Shown: positions 1 to 57,415, numbered from the stretch's first letter. The stretch: 64,000 nucleotides of DNA from Octopus sinensis (GCF_006345805.1 NC_043020.1:27962001-28026000); one strand, 5' to 3'. Numbers and translations: made by a program. Notes: generated from the letters alone by a model not told the origin.

Positions 1-1047
1 CCAGGACTTATTCTTTGTGAGCTCAGTACTTATTCTATCAGTCTCTTTTGCTGAACCGCTAAGTAACGGCAACATAAACACACCAGCATCGGTTGTCAAG
101 CAATGCTAAGGGGACAAACACAGACACACAAACATACACGCATATATATATATACATATATACGACGGGCTTCTTTCAGTTTCCGTCTACCAAATCCACT
201 CACAAGGCTTTGGTCGGCCTGAGGCTATAACAGAAGACACTTGCCCAAGGTGCCATACAGTGGGACTGAACCCAGAACCATGTGCTTGGTAAACAACCTA
301 CCACACAGCGACTCCTACACCTATGTTCACATTTCACAGGGTTTTTTGGAAGTAACCCCCACGATAGTTCAGGGATTACTGTAAACACACCAACACCAGT
401 TGTTAAGCAGGGGTGGAGGACAAAAACAAACACACACACATATACACAACAAGCTTCTTTTAGTTTCCATCTACCAAGTTCACACACAAGGCTTTGGTTA
501 GCCCAAGGTTATAGTAGAAGATACTTGTCCAAGGTGCCACACGGTGGGACTGAACTGGGAACCGTGTGGTTCAGAATCAAACTTCTTACCACACAGCCAT
601 GCTCATACTTTAAGCAACAAAAATGAAAAAAAAAAATCAAAACAGTAAGAAAAGGGTCCAAATAGAACTGGAATACAAGAGGGGAAGAACAGAAAGGGTC
701 TGGAGGGGGAAACAAGGGTTAAATAAGAGAAAAGAAAAAAGAAAATATTAAACGATGTCAAAACAGAAAAATAAATAAATAAAGAATAAAAGTGGACTAA
801 ATTTCCGGATGTGGCAAACCAGTAGAATCAGTGGCAGAACAACAAAATACTTTGCAACATTTCTTCCAGCTCTTTATGTTCTGGGTTCAAATCTCACTGA
901 GATCAACTTTGCCTTTCATCTCTTGGGGTTGGTAAAATAAAGTACCAGCCAAATACAACTGATTTATTCACCATCATCATCATCATCTTCATCATTTAAA
1001 GCTTGTTTTCCATGAAGGCATGGGTGGGATGGTATAACAGAAGTCAC

Positions 1048-1277
1048 GGCGGCGAGCTGGCAGAAACGTTAGCACGCCGGGCGAAATGCTTTGCGGTATT
1101 TCGTCTGCGTTACGTTGTGAGTTCAAATTCCGCCGAGGTCAACTTTGCCTTTCATCCTTTTGGGGTCGATAAATTAAGTACCAGTTACGCACTGGGGTCA
1201 ATGTAATCGACTTAATACCTATGTCTGTCCTTGTTTGTCCCCTCTGTGTTTAGCCCCTTGTGGGTAATAAAGAAATA
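1048..1277 (+). mobile_element. Same SINE family (family M, possibly MetaSINE-like central domain), monomer with TSD
   Basis: A-box-like TGGCAGAAACGTTAG, B-box-like GAGTTCAAATTCC; TSD ggtataacag(a/g)agt at 1031-1044 and 1278-1291. Confidence 0.85.
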
Positions 1278-1740
1278 GGTATAACAGGAGTTGGAATGGT
1301 CGGGCACCACACCTGGTTCCATAGGCTGTTTTGGTCTGGTTTCTACAGCTGGATGTGCTCCCTAATGCTGGACCTGCTCTCAAAACTGCTGGTCTAGAAC
1401 CCTGCAACAGTAACGGTGACTCTTTCAGGGGAGTGTTGCGATCGGTCACTTATATGCCAACGAAACACAGTAACCATTTTTATGAGTCCCAGGTCCCAAT
1501 AAAAGAAAAGGAATTTCCTGCTGGTAAGAGTTTACAAAAAAAGGAGAAAAAAACCCCTGAATAACAAAAATTTATAATGTCATTGAAAACAGCAAGAAAA
1601 GTTCTCAAAGACTTCAAGAATTCAAGTCCTAGAGAGAAGGTAAAAAGAGAAAAAGAGGTGAGTGAAGGAAGACAAAATAGGAGCAAATTTTTTTTATTCA
1701 AATTCAGTGTTTTTTAAAAAAATTCATTTACATATTATAA

Positions 1741-1743
1741 TTC

Positions 1744-1777
<34 letters not shown>

Positions 1778-2042
1778 CGATTTATTTATATATATATATG
1801 TATATATACATATATGTAAATATATGTATATATATATCTGTATATATACATATATGTAAATATATGTATATATATATATGTATGTATATATATATCTGTA
1901 TATATATATATATATACGTGTATATCTATATATATACATTTATATATATATATGCATATATATATATGCATATATATATATACATATATATATATGCATA
2001 TATATATATATGCATATATATATATATATGCATATATATATG

Positions 2043-2077
<35 letters not shown>

Positions 2078-2082
2078 TATGC

Positions 2083-2116
<34 letters not shown>

Positions 2117-2779
2117 GCATATATATATATGCATATATATATATGCATATATATATGTGTATATATATATATATATATATACATTTATGTATATACATTT
2201 ATATATATAAGTATATTTATATATATGCGTATACATATAAAGTTGTATTAATATATGGATATATATATATACATTTATATGTGTGTATATATATATATAT
2301 ATACACATTTATATTTATATGTATATATAGATATATACATTTATATATGTGTGTGTATGTATATATATATATATATATATATATACATTTATATTTAAAT
2401 GTATTTATAGATATATACATTTATATATATATACATTTAGGTATATATATGCATATATGTATACAAATATACATATACAAATTATATATATATGCATTCA
2501 TATATACACACACACACACATATATATATACACATACATGTATATATACATATATATACAAATACATATATATATACACACATGTATACATATGCATATA
2601 TATATGCACACACACACACATATATTCACACACACACACATATATAGACATGTATATGTTCATTGTGTGTGGGTGATAGGCCATGCATTGCTACTCTGAG
2701 ATGTATATATATGTGTATATATATATATGTATATATATGTATATGTGTGTGTGTGTGTGCATACATATATATATATGAA

Positions 2780-2832
<53 letters not shown>

Positions 2833-2862
2833 AAAGAGTACATATATATATATATATATCTG
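1741..2862. repeat. Compound (TA)n/(CA)n/(TG)n microsatellite, about 1.1 kb
   Basis: Direct inspection. Similar tracts at 6680-6975, 38990-39395, 46600-47190, 61380-61735 and within SINEs. Confidence 0.95.
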
Positions 2863-3659
2863 AAGAGACCTATTGAACAGACAAAAGTGTTAATAAACAA
2901 TTATCCAAAATTCTGACTGCCTCTTTTTTTTTAATAAATATGTGTGTGTATATATATTTATATGTATATATATATGTGTGTGTATAAACATATACATGTA
3001 AACATACACACACATAGATATATGTAAATATATATCTATAAAGTAGCTATACTGAAACCATTTACTGTGAATGCTAGGGAGGGGGAAAGGCAGTGCGTTT
3101 GTTAATAAAGTTCTGTAAATTTACAGAACATGTCAACCCCCGAAAAACCTGCATACTCTGCTACGTATTAAATTTTGATTTTTTATCTTCTTTCTTTTTC
3201 ACATTCCCCAGTCATTATCTTGTATTCTGCAGTCATCGAGTGCTACTGGAATCTTAGCAAGAATTTGGTTTAACAGTCTGTGTGGCACCACTTTGCAGCA
3301 GTTACAGGCCTTTTGTTTCTTTTTCTTTTCGTCTGAGTGGACGAGATCCATGTGAAATGAAATGCCTTGCCCAAAGGCACAATGCACTGCCTAGTGCAGA
3401 AATTGAACCCACGACTATGATTAGGGGTCCAACCAACTGAAGGGCGATGCCATGGGCTTTCACAGCAGTATGGTAAGTTAATAGTAAAAAACAGATGCTA
3501 TTGTTGTATATGAAATTTAATCAATAAATCCGCAGCAGTTTCGTTAGATTATCTATTAATTCCACCCAGGGTCGAGTGGAATGGTGTAGCATGGATTAAG
3601 GGAACGACAGCAGGAATGGAGGAATTCCTTCAGTAAATTTTTAACATGTTTAACAATTA

Positions 3660-4700
3660 CACCGCAAAAGGTTTGTGTTCCAGTGAGGTTTCATACAAGA
3701 GAATGGGCAAATTTCTTGGTGCTCCTGGAGTATTTCATACAAAGTAATGGTAAAAAGATGTGTTCAAGTGTTTAACAAACAATAATGGCAAAAAGTTCCA
3801 GCTCTTGTGTTCTTGCAGTGTTTAATACAAGATAATGATTAAAAGGTCTGTGGTTCTTGTTTTTGGTACAAGAAAATGTTGCTGTTATGGTTACTACTAT
3901 TATTTTTATTGTTGTTCTAAGGAACTTCAGTCATTACACTGCAAATGCTTCTGAATTCTTGTGTTTGTTGTTGCAACGGAATGGTAAAAACGAAAGAAAA
4001 TAAAGAAGTTTTTGTGTTATATTCTTGTAACATTTTGTTGAAGACAATGGTAAAAAGTTCTAGTTGAAGTTTTTTTTGTTCTTGTCACACACGAAAATAG
4101 TAAAAGGTGACTGTGTTCTGGCAATGTTTAAGCACAAGAGAATGGTAAATTTGTTCTTGGTTTTGGTATATGAAAACATTGCCCGTATAGTTACTACTAG
4201 TTATTTCATAGAGTTGAAACCATTTCACTGCAAATGCTTGTGTGTTCTTGTGTTTGTTATTGCAATAGAAGTATGTGTGTTCTTGTAGCACTTAGTAGAA
4301 GAAGATAATGGTAAAGGCTGCAACTCATGTATTTCTGTAGTGTCTAATTCAAGATACTGGTAAAAGATGCGTGTGTTTTTATATTTGGAACAAGAAAATG
4401 TTACCATTCTCTTTATTATTGTTTCAGGCAGTTTCAGTCGTTACTCTGCAAACACTTGGGTGGTCTTGCAGTGTTCCGCAGAAAATAATGGCAAAAAGTT
4501 CTGGTTCTTGTATTCTTGTTATATTTAATACAAGATAATGGTTGAAAGGTCTGCATATTCTTGCAGTATTTGGTACAAAGAAATGTTGCTACTGAAGTTA
4601 CTTTTAATTTTATGGTTATTCCAAGGAATTCAAGTCATTACACAGCAAACCTTTAGGTGTTCTTGTTTGTCGTCGCAACAGAACGGCTTTAAAACAAACA
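3660..4700. repeat. Degenerate 40-50-bp tandem repeat with higher-order duplication
   Basis: Anchor aatgg(t/c)aaaaag recurs; block 3784-3990 is duplicated at 4487-4695. Confidence 0.7.
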
Positions 4701-6711
4701 AAACGAAACAAAACAAAACAGAAAAAAGGAAAGAAAACAAAATAGTTTTTATTGTTGTATGAAAAATTTAATGTTTTTTTTTTCTTTTTGGTTCTACTTT
4801 AAAGCAGATTCATCAAAACAATTTGGAGTGAGTTATGTCACTGAATAAAACTCTAAACTTGTAAATCTGTTGAACCCACGTTACAACTTGATAGGTTCTT
4901 GTATGGGTTGCTCCCGTGCTGGTTGATTGTTTGGTACAGCAGACTGGTAGAAATAATGATCAATAAATTCATTTGGTTCTAGATAAGATTTCATCATGGA
5001 ATGTCAAAAATAATCAACAATAATCAGTCTATCTACTAACCATGAAACAACACATAACTAACAAAACCACCTTCAGACTTGCTACACTGCTAGGCCTCCA
5101 TAGTATTTGATTATCTCTCAGCAAACATGCTACAATCATTAGTTCACAGATGTGAAGTTTCCCTCCACTGTATCATCTGCCACTACTCACAACAGCTTCT
5201 GTTCTTGTCAAGTAGCTATTTGCATAGCTTTCTGCTCAGCCTTATCCAACTCCGTCTTCTATCACCCTCACTAAGTTTTCCCTGCCAGACCTAGCACAAA
5301 ACATTTTGTCCAGTCCATTCTCTTCCGAACACCAACTGTCTGTAATTCCTCTTACAATTACACATTTTTTCTTCTGCAAATATTGACCTTCAAATGTTCA
5401 AGCTGAGCATCAATGGCAGTAGTCTCACCGGTTCCAGAGAGCCTGCAAAAGTCATGGAAACTGCTCCTACTCTCCTGACTAACTTTTTAAATATTCAATC
5501 TATAACATTTAGATCAATACACCGATACACCGAAGTATAAGAAGATACAGCAAGTGATGTCATGAAGAAATCTTATCCAGAACCAATCAGATCTCAAAAG
5601 AGATTTGTGAAAATGATAATGAATCTTTGGTTAAAAATAATATCAATAATAATAATAATAATAATTATAACAATAATAATAATAATAAAATCCCAGACTA
5701 ATAAAGATGGTAATGTTCAAGAGGGCAAATAAAATAAATTCAAAGAAGCTCAGACTCTGGAAAAAAAAAAGTGATGCTCAATACAATAATACTATAAATG
5801 TTTCTGACAAACATAACTGCTTGCAAAGAAGGGTTCATCAGGCACGAGAAATGAATGAGGCCAAGGTGGGACTTCAATAAGGGAGTTTACAAAACCAAAA
5901 AAATAAGAAAAAAAAATGTGGTCAGCACAGTAAAAGCAGACCAGACAAGGTAAAAAAAGACTTAGCTGGTAGCTCTGAGAGTCAAAAGACTTGTATGTCT
6001 AAAGTAAGACTGACATATCAAGTCTGAAAGAAGAAAGACCTAAAAGCAAGTAGGATTTACTTGTGAATAAGATTGTTAATTATAAAGGAGAGCATCAAAG
6101 CTAAAAGCTAAATCTAATACAAAAATCTCAACTCAATTGGAATCTACGTCCAAACCAAGAGGTTACTTTGTGATTAAAGATGAAATATGTGAAACCAGCA
6201 GAAGTGATTTCTCTACTTTCAACTGTCTACAGTAAACTGTTTTCTGGCCTATCTAGCATTTTGACTAAAACCAAAGGTAACTTTAAAGCCAAAGAGAATT
6301 ATATTCTTCAAAGAGCAGCAGTGTGTCCTTAAAATCCATTACCAGCGGTACCTCAACTCTCAAGTGTTTTGGTAAACTATCAGGAATAATAAAAGAGAAG
6401 TGATAAAAAATGTGAGATTGTGGAACAGAACCTCTTGAATCAAAGACATCAGAATGGTCTGGTTGGGTTTTTAAGTTTTAAGGCTTCCGTAGCTCCTTGG
6501 TCTATACCAAAGAGCTTGACTATCAAAAATGTGGATTTATCATGGACAGGTGACAAAAAAAAACTTATGCAGCAGATCCCTTCACAGTGCAAAGTAGACG
6601 TGAAAAAGAAAACCTTGTTTGTCAAACGTGAAGTTGTATCACTCTCTACAAAGAAAACTGCATACAAACACAGACATCTTATATATATATTATATATATA
6701 TATATATATAT

Positions 6712-6747
<36 letters not shown>

Positions 6748-6840
6748 ATATATACATATATGTATATATATATGTATATATATGTATATACATATATGTA
6801 TATATGTATATATATATATGTATATATATATGTATATCTG

Positions 6841-6877
<37 letters not shown>

Positions 6878-6934
6878 GTATATATATATGTATATACTTA
6901 TATTTATGTATATATTTATATATATATATATGTA

Positions 6935-6966
<32 letters not shown>

Positions 6967-7258
6967 ATGTATGTATGTATATTAATACTCACAGATACAT
7001 ACTTAAACACACATGTGTGCATTAAAAATAACTTTGAAGTAAAAAAGGGACCCAAGGAAAATAAAATAAAATAAAAACAAACTTCTATAATAACAAGGGC
7101 CAACAATGCTTGGTGTGACTAGAACGGTAGTAAAAAGTGAAAAAAGGGGGTGGAAAAACATCAGAATGTGTGTGTGTGTGAGTGTATCATGTGAGTATGT
7201 AATGAGAGAGAGAGAGAGAGAGAGGGGGAAGGAGGGAAAAGGATGGGATGGGGTGGTA

Positions 7259-7264
7259 TTTATT
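7259..7264 (-). terminator. Candidate polyadenylation signal AATAAA for TTC39C
   Basis: tttatt on the + strand, about 410 nt past the stop codon. The hexamer is common in AT-rich DNA, so this needs 3'-end data. Confidence 0.3.
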
Positions 7265-7670
7265 CACTAATAAAACCAACAAAAATAATAATGAAAATTT
7301 TTTTATAAATCAAAGAAAACGGTGTGTTTGTGGGGCGGGGGGTTTCTTTAGGTGGCTTGTGTCTATTGGCTAGGACAAGGACATGTGACTTCTGCCAGTG
7401 GTATGATAAAAAAAAATGTAAAACAACAACAAATATAAGAAAACTGGCTGCTTTACAGAGCCCTGGGTAAGTTTGCAACAGAATATGTGTGTACGGCAAT
7501 CCAACAGCAGGGTGAGGAGGTGATGGGGGGGACAGAAGTGATTGTCCCCTCCTCCTGGCCCCCACCATCACTGTAGTGGTAGTAGTTGTTGTTGTTGTTG
7601 TTGTGATTGCCCAGACTTCACTCCAGAGAATTCTAAAATAGCCATACGTCAATCAACCAAGTCCCCACTT

Positions 7671-51552
<43,882 letters not shown>

Positions 51553-52103
51553 CTGAAACGAAAAAGAGAAAAGCATTTGGTTAATATATATTAACTAGCA
51601 GTATCACCCGGCATTGCTCGGGTTTGTAAGGGAAATAACTATATAAGCATTTTTAGAGATGTAAAGTATAATAGCCATCTCAATATGGCTAACCACAAGG
51701 GGGGTGTGTTACTGTAGCTTTTTACATTCTGAGATTTAATAAATTTTTAGAGAGTTACTTCCCTATATATATGTATATATATGTATATATATGCCAAAAA
51801 TGCATTAAAAATGGGAAAAATTGATGGGAATTTTTTTTTAAATCGTAGACTCATCGTAGATGCGCGCTAATACCCAGAAGGGCTCGTTATGAATCACAAC
51901 TATAAGATACCCGGTTTTGGTTAAACTGCACCGCAAAATGTGGGAGTAGTTAGGAATCTAAATTGTAGGAGACAGACAGCACACAACCTCTCTTTTATAT
52001 ATAAAGATATTGTTGTGTCTTGTCGACACTGTTATGTCCTTTGAACTCACTGTATATGCCACGTTATAACATGGAGTTATAACGAGGTTATAACAATACA
52101 AAT

Positions 52104-52339
52104 AATTGCAGCGTGGAAGGTGTTTATAGGCCATTTAAGAAACACACAAAAACTGTTAGATTCACTTCAACATTTAAATTTGTCAAAATTCCATATGCAG
52201 CACAAAGTTTTGTTAGTGAACAGGTCGCGGTCTCAAAGCAACGAAAATATTTTGACAAATTAAACTTAAATGTCGAAGTGAATCTAACGGTTTTTGTGTG
52301 TTTCTTAAATGGCTTATAAACACCTTCCACGCTGCAATT
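52104..52339. mobile_element. Long-TIR (about 85 bp) fold-back MITE
   Basis: aattgcagcgtggaaggtgtttata...acatttaa mirrored by ttaaatgt...tataaacaccttccacgctgcaatt. Confidence 0.8.
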
Positions 52340-53082
52340 GTTTTCGTTCCAGCACATGATCTCAGATCAGGTCACTTGCTATGCAAGTACATCTCTGTAA
52401 CAATACAAATGTAAATCAAAAACAACACTTAACAAACAATATCTCTTCTTTATGACTTCTACGGCTGTCTTCACAAAATCCCTGTGCACACCACACCGTC
52501 TCTTCGCTGACAGTGCACATGCGCTTTTGTATGGTTTAGGGCAGTTGACATTCTATCCCACGGGAGTGTCAGGGTTTCACCACAACAAATATATTGCTTA
52601 AACATTTTTCTGAATGTACAAAAACATCTTTGTATTCTAAGACATGTGAGATAAATTCATTTTATGTTCAACTTGAACATTTACTGATGAGTCAATGTTT
52701 ATATCATCATCATCGTTTAACGTCCGCCTTCCATGCCGGCATGGGAGGGATGGTTTCACAGGAGCTGGTCAGACAGAAGCCTGCACCTGACTTCTGTGAC
52801 TGTTTTGGCAGGATTTTTACAGCCGGATGCTCTTCCTAACACCAACCACTCAGCAGAGTGGACTTACTGCTTTTTATAGTTGAAATTTATAGAAAAAACA
52901 AAAGACGAAGACAGGTGTATGAACAACAAGCAAGTGTATTAGTTTGACACTCAGGAAAATGTAAAAGTCTTTTACATTTCGAGCCTATGCTCTTCAACAG
53001 AAAGGAATAAGAGGAAATAAACAGAGAGAGAGAATGAAACAAAAACTTGTAGATTTAGCAGTCATATATATATGTATGCAAA

Positions 53083-53497
53083 GGCGGCGAGTTGGCAGAA
53101 ACGTTAGCACGCTGGGCGAAATGCGTAGCCGTATTTCGTCTGCCGTTACGCTCCGAGTTCAAATTCCACCGAGGTCGACTTTGCCTTTCATCCTTTCGGT
53201 GTCGATAAATTAAGTACCAGTTACGCACTGGGGTCGATATAATCGACTTAATCTGTTTGTCTGTCCTTGTTTGTCCTCTCTGTGTTTAGCCCCTTGTGGG
53301 TAGTAAAGAAATAGGTATTTTGTCTGCTGTTACGTTCTGAGTTCAAATTTCGCCGAGGTCGACTTTGCCTTTCATTCTTTCGGGGTCGACAAATTAAGTA
53401 CCAGTTACGCACTGGGATCGATATAATCGACTTAATCCGTGTGTCTGTCCTTGTTTGTCCTTTCTGTGTTCAGCCCCTTGTGGACAGTTAAGAAATA
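53083..53497 (+). mobile_element. Family M SINE dimer within one TSD
   Basis: 184-bp period (53131 and 53315); atatatatatgtatgca at 53064-53080 and 53497-53513. Confidence 0.88.
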
Positions 53498-54059
53498 TAT
53501 ATATATGTATGCATGTATGTATGTATGTATATGTACACACACACACGTGTGAGTGTTGTATGAGAACTGTTTATCATTCATCAATCATACAACCATGTCA
53601 GTAGAAGGTGGAGTAAGGTTTCTCCTTCATAGGAGTGAACATTATTATATAAAAGAGCAATCGTTTCTCTTTTCATGGTTTTTTTCTCAAGTTTGGCCTA
53701 GTTCAACCTGACACTGAAGTTGAAACCCAAAAAAAAAAAAAACAAACAAAGAAAAAAGAAAACAAAATTTTAAAAAATGAACATGGTGGTAAGATATCAT
53801 TTCACTTTAAAAATCTTACCTTTCATTTATCTATTTGTTTAAAAAAACAAACAAACAGCTTAATTAAATATCTGAAACGGAAACATTTTTTAGAAGGTAG
53901 AAAGCAGTCTTATGATGGATATCTTCAAAGACAAAATGGTAAGCAAACAAAAGCTCAAAGAGACGAGGAGCTCATAAGTTCAAAAGTTAATAATTAAAAT
54001 CTTTGAAGTCACTTTCCATAATTACAATTTTTTTCGTTAAAAACTTACTTACTTCACAT

Positions 54060-54430
54060 GCTTATTTTTTTTACTTATCTAATTCTTAGCCTTTTCCTTT
54101 CTTTTTTAAATTTTTTTTACTTATTTATTTTTTAGCTTTTTCCTTTCTTTTCTTGATATTTCTTTTACTTATTTATTTTTTAGTTTTTTCCTTTCTTTTT
54201 TTGATATTTTTTTTACTTATTTATTTTTTAACTTTTTCCTTTCTTTTTTTGATTTTTTTTTACTTATTTATTTTTTAGCTTTTTCCTTTCATTTTTTGAT
54301 TTTTTTACTTATTTATTTTTAGCTTTTTCCTTTCTTTTTTTGATATTTTTTTAACTTATTTATTTTTTAACTTTTTCCTTTCTTTTTTTGATGTTTTTTT
54401 TACTTATTTATTTTTTAGCTTTTTCCTTTC
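54060..54430. repeat. ~47-bp T-rich minisatellite, about 8 units
   Basis: ttacttatttattttttagctttttcctttcttttttgat recurring at about 54116, 54165, 54213, 54260, 54305, 54351, 54400. Confidence 0.85.
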
Positions 54431-55780
54431 ATTTAAAAAATTTTTTTTTTTGACTTATAGGCTTTGGGGAGAAGCCAAAACATTCCCAGCCCAACTTTCA
54501 TAGTTATACAGCATCACACACCTCGTGAAAACTATAAAGCAATATGCCACACAAAAATTTCCGATTTTTATATCCTTGGGATTTTTTTTTTAATTCTTGC
54601 TTTATTTTTCTTTATATCATTTATTTATTTTTGGTAAGAAATTTGGCATTATTGATATTTTTTTATTGGATATTTTCTTCGAAATGTGTGTTACAAGCAG
54701 CAAGGTACCTTATCCTGCTTCCAAAGTCTGATTGCAGAACACACAGCAATGGATTTTCTTCGGGGTTTTTTTTGTGTTTCTTTAACTGGTAAATGCTACT
54801 GAACTGAAATTCGATATGAAAATTCCAAGAAAAATATAAATAAATAAAACGAATGAATGAATAAATAAATAATTGTCGGTGGAGGGCGGGGGATGGGGTG
54901 CGGTTTGATGTTGAGAAAAAATTTTTAAATGATCACTTGACAGAAAGATGGATGTTCTCCCCGCCCACACACCCCATGTCAACCCGTTCTCCTCCTCTTC
55001 GCATCAAATACAGACGCAAACGGAAACATATACACACGTTCAAACACGTACACAACAACACATATACATACATGCATACACATACGTGCACACACATGCA
55101 CACGTGTGCATGCATGCATGCACACATACACATGTAGGGAAGGTGTATCTGTTTTGACTTGGGTTACAAAAATAATTTTTTTTTAATCAATTGAAATTAT
55201 AGAAGCAGATGAGAAGAAGAAGAAGAAGAAGAAGAAGAGAAGAGATATTTGTCGATAACAGAATCTGTCACCATCTTTAACACTACCACCACCAGGCCCT
55301 GGGGTGACTTTAGAGGAGTCCACTCTGTTGGAAGCATTCAAGGGAGGTCTCCAGGTTGAAGACCCCTTCCTCTCCTCCCTTCTCATGAGTCTTAAATGAC
55401 TCGTGCAAAGGGCCGTGAGCACTGCCTTCTTCCTTTCTGACAAAAAGAAATATGGCCGTGTGTTAAATAAAATGAGATGACAAAGCTAAGGCTGTGTGGA
55501 ATTTATAGGACACAGCCTTGGCTTTGTGGCCTCATTTTATTTAGCTTATGTATGCTCACACAAGACCCACATTAGACCCCTGACTTGTATTATTATCGAA
55601 CCGAGAGTCTAAGTACAGTCCTGCCATCTTGGGTCTTCTGGATACCAATACCTCTTTTATTTATATATATATATATTGGTAAAAACGGTAAGATAACAAA
55701 AGAAAGAAAGAGACCTCAATATTATGTAAATAGAGGAATTTATCTGTAAAATAATATGTGACAATTATTCGGTAGCCATG

Positions 55781-55840
55781 ATAAAACTCCGAGTTTCGGA
55801 TGTCGGGGTGGAAATCCCCGCCACCATCTCTTCAGTTCTG
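55781..55840 (-). ncRNA. Degenerate hammerhead motif in a PLE-like pLTR fragment (55670-55845) embedded in (TA)n
   Basis: AGAA-CTGAAGA-GATG...CATCC-GAAA-CTCGGAG-TT^TTAT; stems imperfect. Confidence 0.45.
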
Positions 55841-55859
55841 AAGATATATATATATATAT

Positions 55860-55910
<51 letters not shown>

Positions 55911-55954
55911 TATATATAATGTAGGATAAAATTTTTTCGAAAAAAATTTCATCA

Positions 55955-56770
55955 ATGGCCATCGTCATCATCATGGTCATGGTGATGATGGTGGTGGTGA
56001 TAATGATGGTGGTGATGGTGGTGGTGATGATGATAGTGGTGGTGATGATGATGATGGTGGTGGTGGTGATGATGATAGTGGTGGTGATGATGATGGTGAT
56101 GACGACGATGATAATGACCATTTTAAGCAGACTCTAATTTATATTATAGACAAAATCTTCAAGGAATTGGATGCTGGTTTGTCTGGGATAATTTCTCCAG
56201 GCAGACAAGAAGAAAAAGCAAAAGAAAACCCAAGATGAAATAGAAATGTTTCACTCATGGACGTCTTCCTCAGAGACATATGTCTGGGGTAAGAAGGACA
56301 ACAATTCCAGTTCTATGAGGCACCATTCCAATGACATGCTCACTCAGCCATTTCAACCTGATTCGTGAAACACACTCCACCAACCACCCACCCCCACCCC
56401 GAAACCATAGCAAAAGAAGAACTCCATTGTTAGCGAAATATCAACCAGGATATTTCAGTGAGAGAGAATAAGGATAATGACCATGTTGGTGGTGGTGATG
56501 GTGGTGTTGGTGGTGGTGATGATGATGGTGGTGGTGATGATGGTGGTGATGATGGTGATGGTGGTGGTTGTGGTGATGATGGTGGTGGTGGTGGTGGTTG
56601 CAGTAATGATGGTGGTGGTGGTGGTGGTGGTGGTGGTGATGATGGTGACAGTGATGATACTGATTGCAGTTATGGCGGTGGTAGTGATGATGAATAGTGC
56701 CGAGGGAAGGCGACAATGTTGGTACTGGCAATGATGATGATGGAGTTGATGATGATGATGATGATGATGA
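55955..56770. repeat. (GGT/GAT)n trinucleotide fields (55955-56120, 56478-56770)
   Basis: Direct inspection. Similar at 60040-60490; (AGT/AGC)n at 16446-16565; (AAT)n at 17970-18022 and 25003-25130. Confidence 0.9.
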
Positions 56771-57125
56771 GCAAGAGTAATCACAAACAAGGAAATGCCA
56801 GATATCACAAACACACAACAGTGCCAAACCTCAAGACTCTTCGTGATGGAATCTTCAGATTCCAACAGAAAACCCTGTGTCTGACGCCACTGTAGAGTAA
56901 AAAATATCACTGAGTTGATTCGGTGAATTTATATAATTACAGAAAAGCTATAATTATTCCCACTTTTCCCCATCCAGATATAAACACACACGCTTGAGAA
57001 AATATTTGAAATATTTCACCTTCTCCACAAAATCAAAAAAAAAAAAAAAAATGAAAAAATATTTAAATTACAAAATAAATTTTACATGAATGTTTGTGTT
57101 TGTGTGTGTGTGCATCCATCTGTGT

Positions 57126-57415
57126 GGAGGCACATGTCCTAGTGGTTAGAGCAGCGGACTCGCAGGTTCGAATCTCAGACCAGGCGATGTGTGTGTGTTT
57201 ATGAGCGAAACACCTAAGCTCCATGCGGCTCCGACAGAAGGTAATGGCGAAACTTCTGTTGACTCTTTCGCCACAACTTTCTCTCACTCTTTCCTCCTGC
57301 ATCTTGCGGCTCACCTGCGACAGACCGGCGTCCCGTCCAGGTGGGGAACCTATATGCCAAGGAAACCAGGAAACCGGCCCTTATGAGCCAGGCATGGCTC
57401 GAGAAGGAACAAACA
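57126..57415 (+). mobile_element. Family D tRNA-derived SINE
   Basis: Head ggcacatgtcctagtggttagagcagcgg...ggttcgaatc; inverted copy at about 39400-39700. Confidence 0.78.

Noticed and set aside
200-715. Recurrent ORFs of type YDRLLSVSVYQIHSQG / RHLPKVPRSGTEPGTMWL / [11 protein letters not shown]
   Set aside because: Incidental frames of family A SINE and RTE 3' UTR copies, repeated throughout the window.
1662-2900. Long Ile/Tyr/Cys ORFs up to 292 aa (also 6420-7106, 46604-47271, 61241-61765)
   Set aside because: Stop-free translations of (TA)n/(CA)n microsatellites.
3199-3332. Possible alternative terminal exon DEKKKKQKACNCC...DWGM*
   Set aside because: The apparent acceptor (cactcag) is the end of a family C SINE head, lacks a pyrimidine tract, and the peptide has no recognisable homology.
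53894-53938. 45-nt AG/GT-bounded block on the + strand
   Set aside because: Isolated, with no partner exons or homology, so no antisense gene is supported.
55765-56910. Poly-His/Val/Gly/Thr ORFs (also 60038-60621, 16337-16774, 10488-10985)
   Set aside because: Trinucleotide or purine repeats with no splice or homology support.
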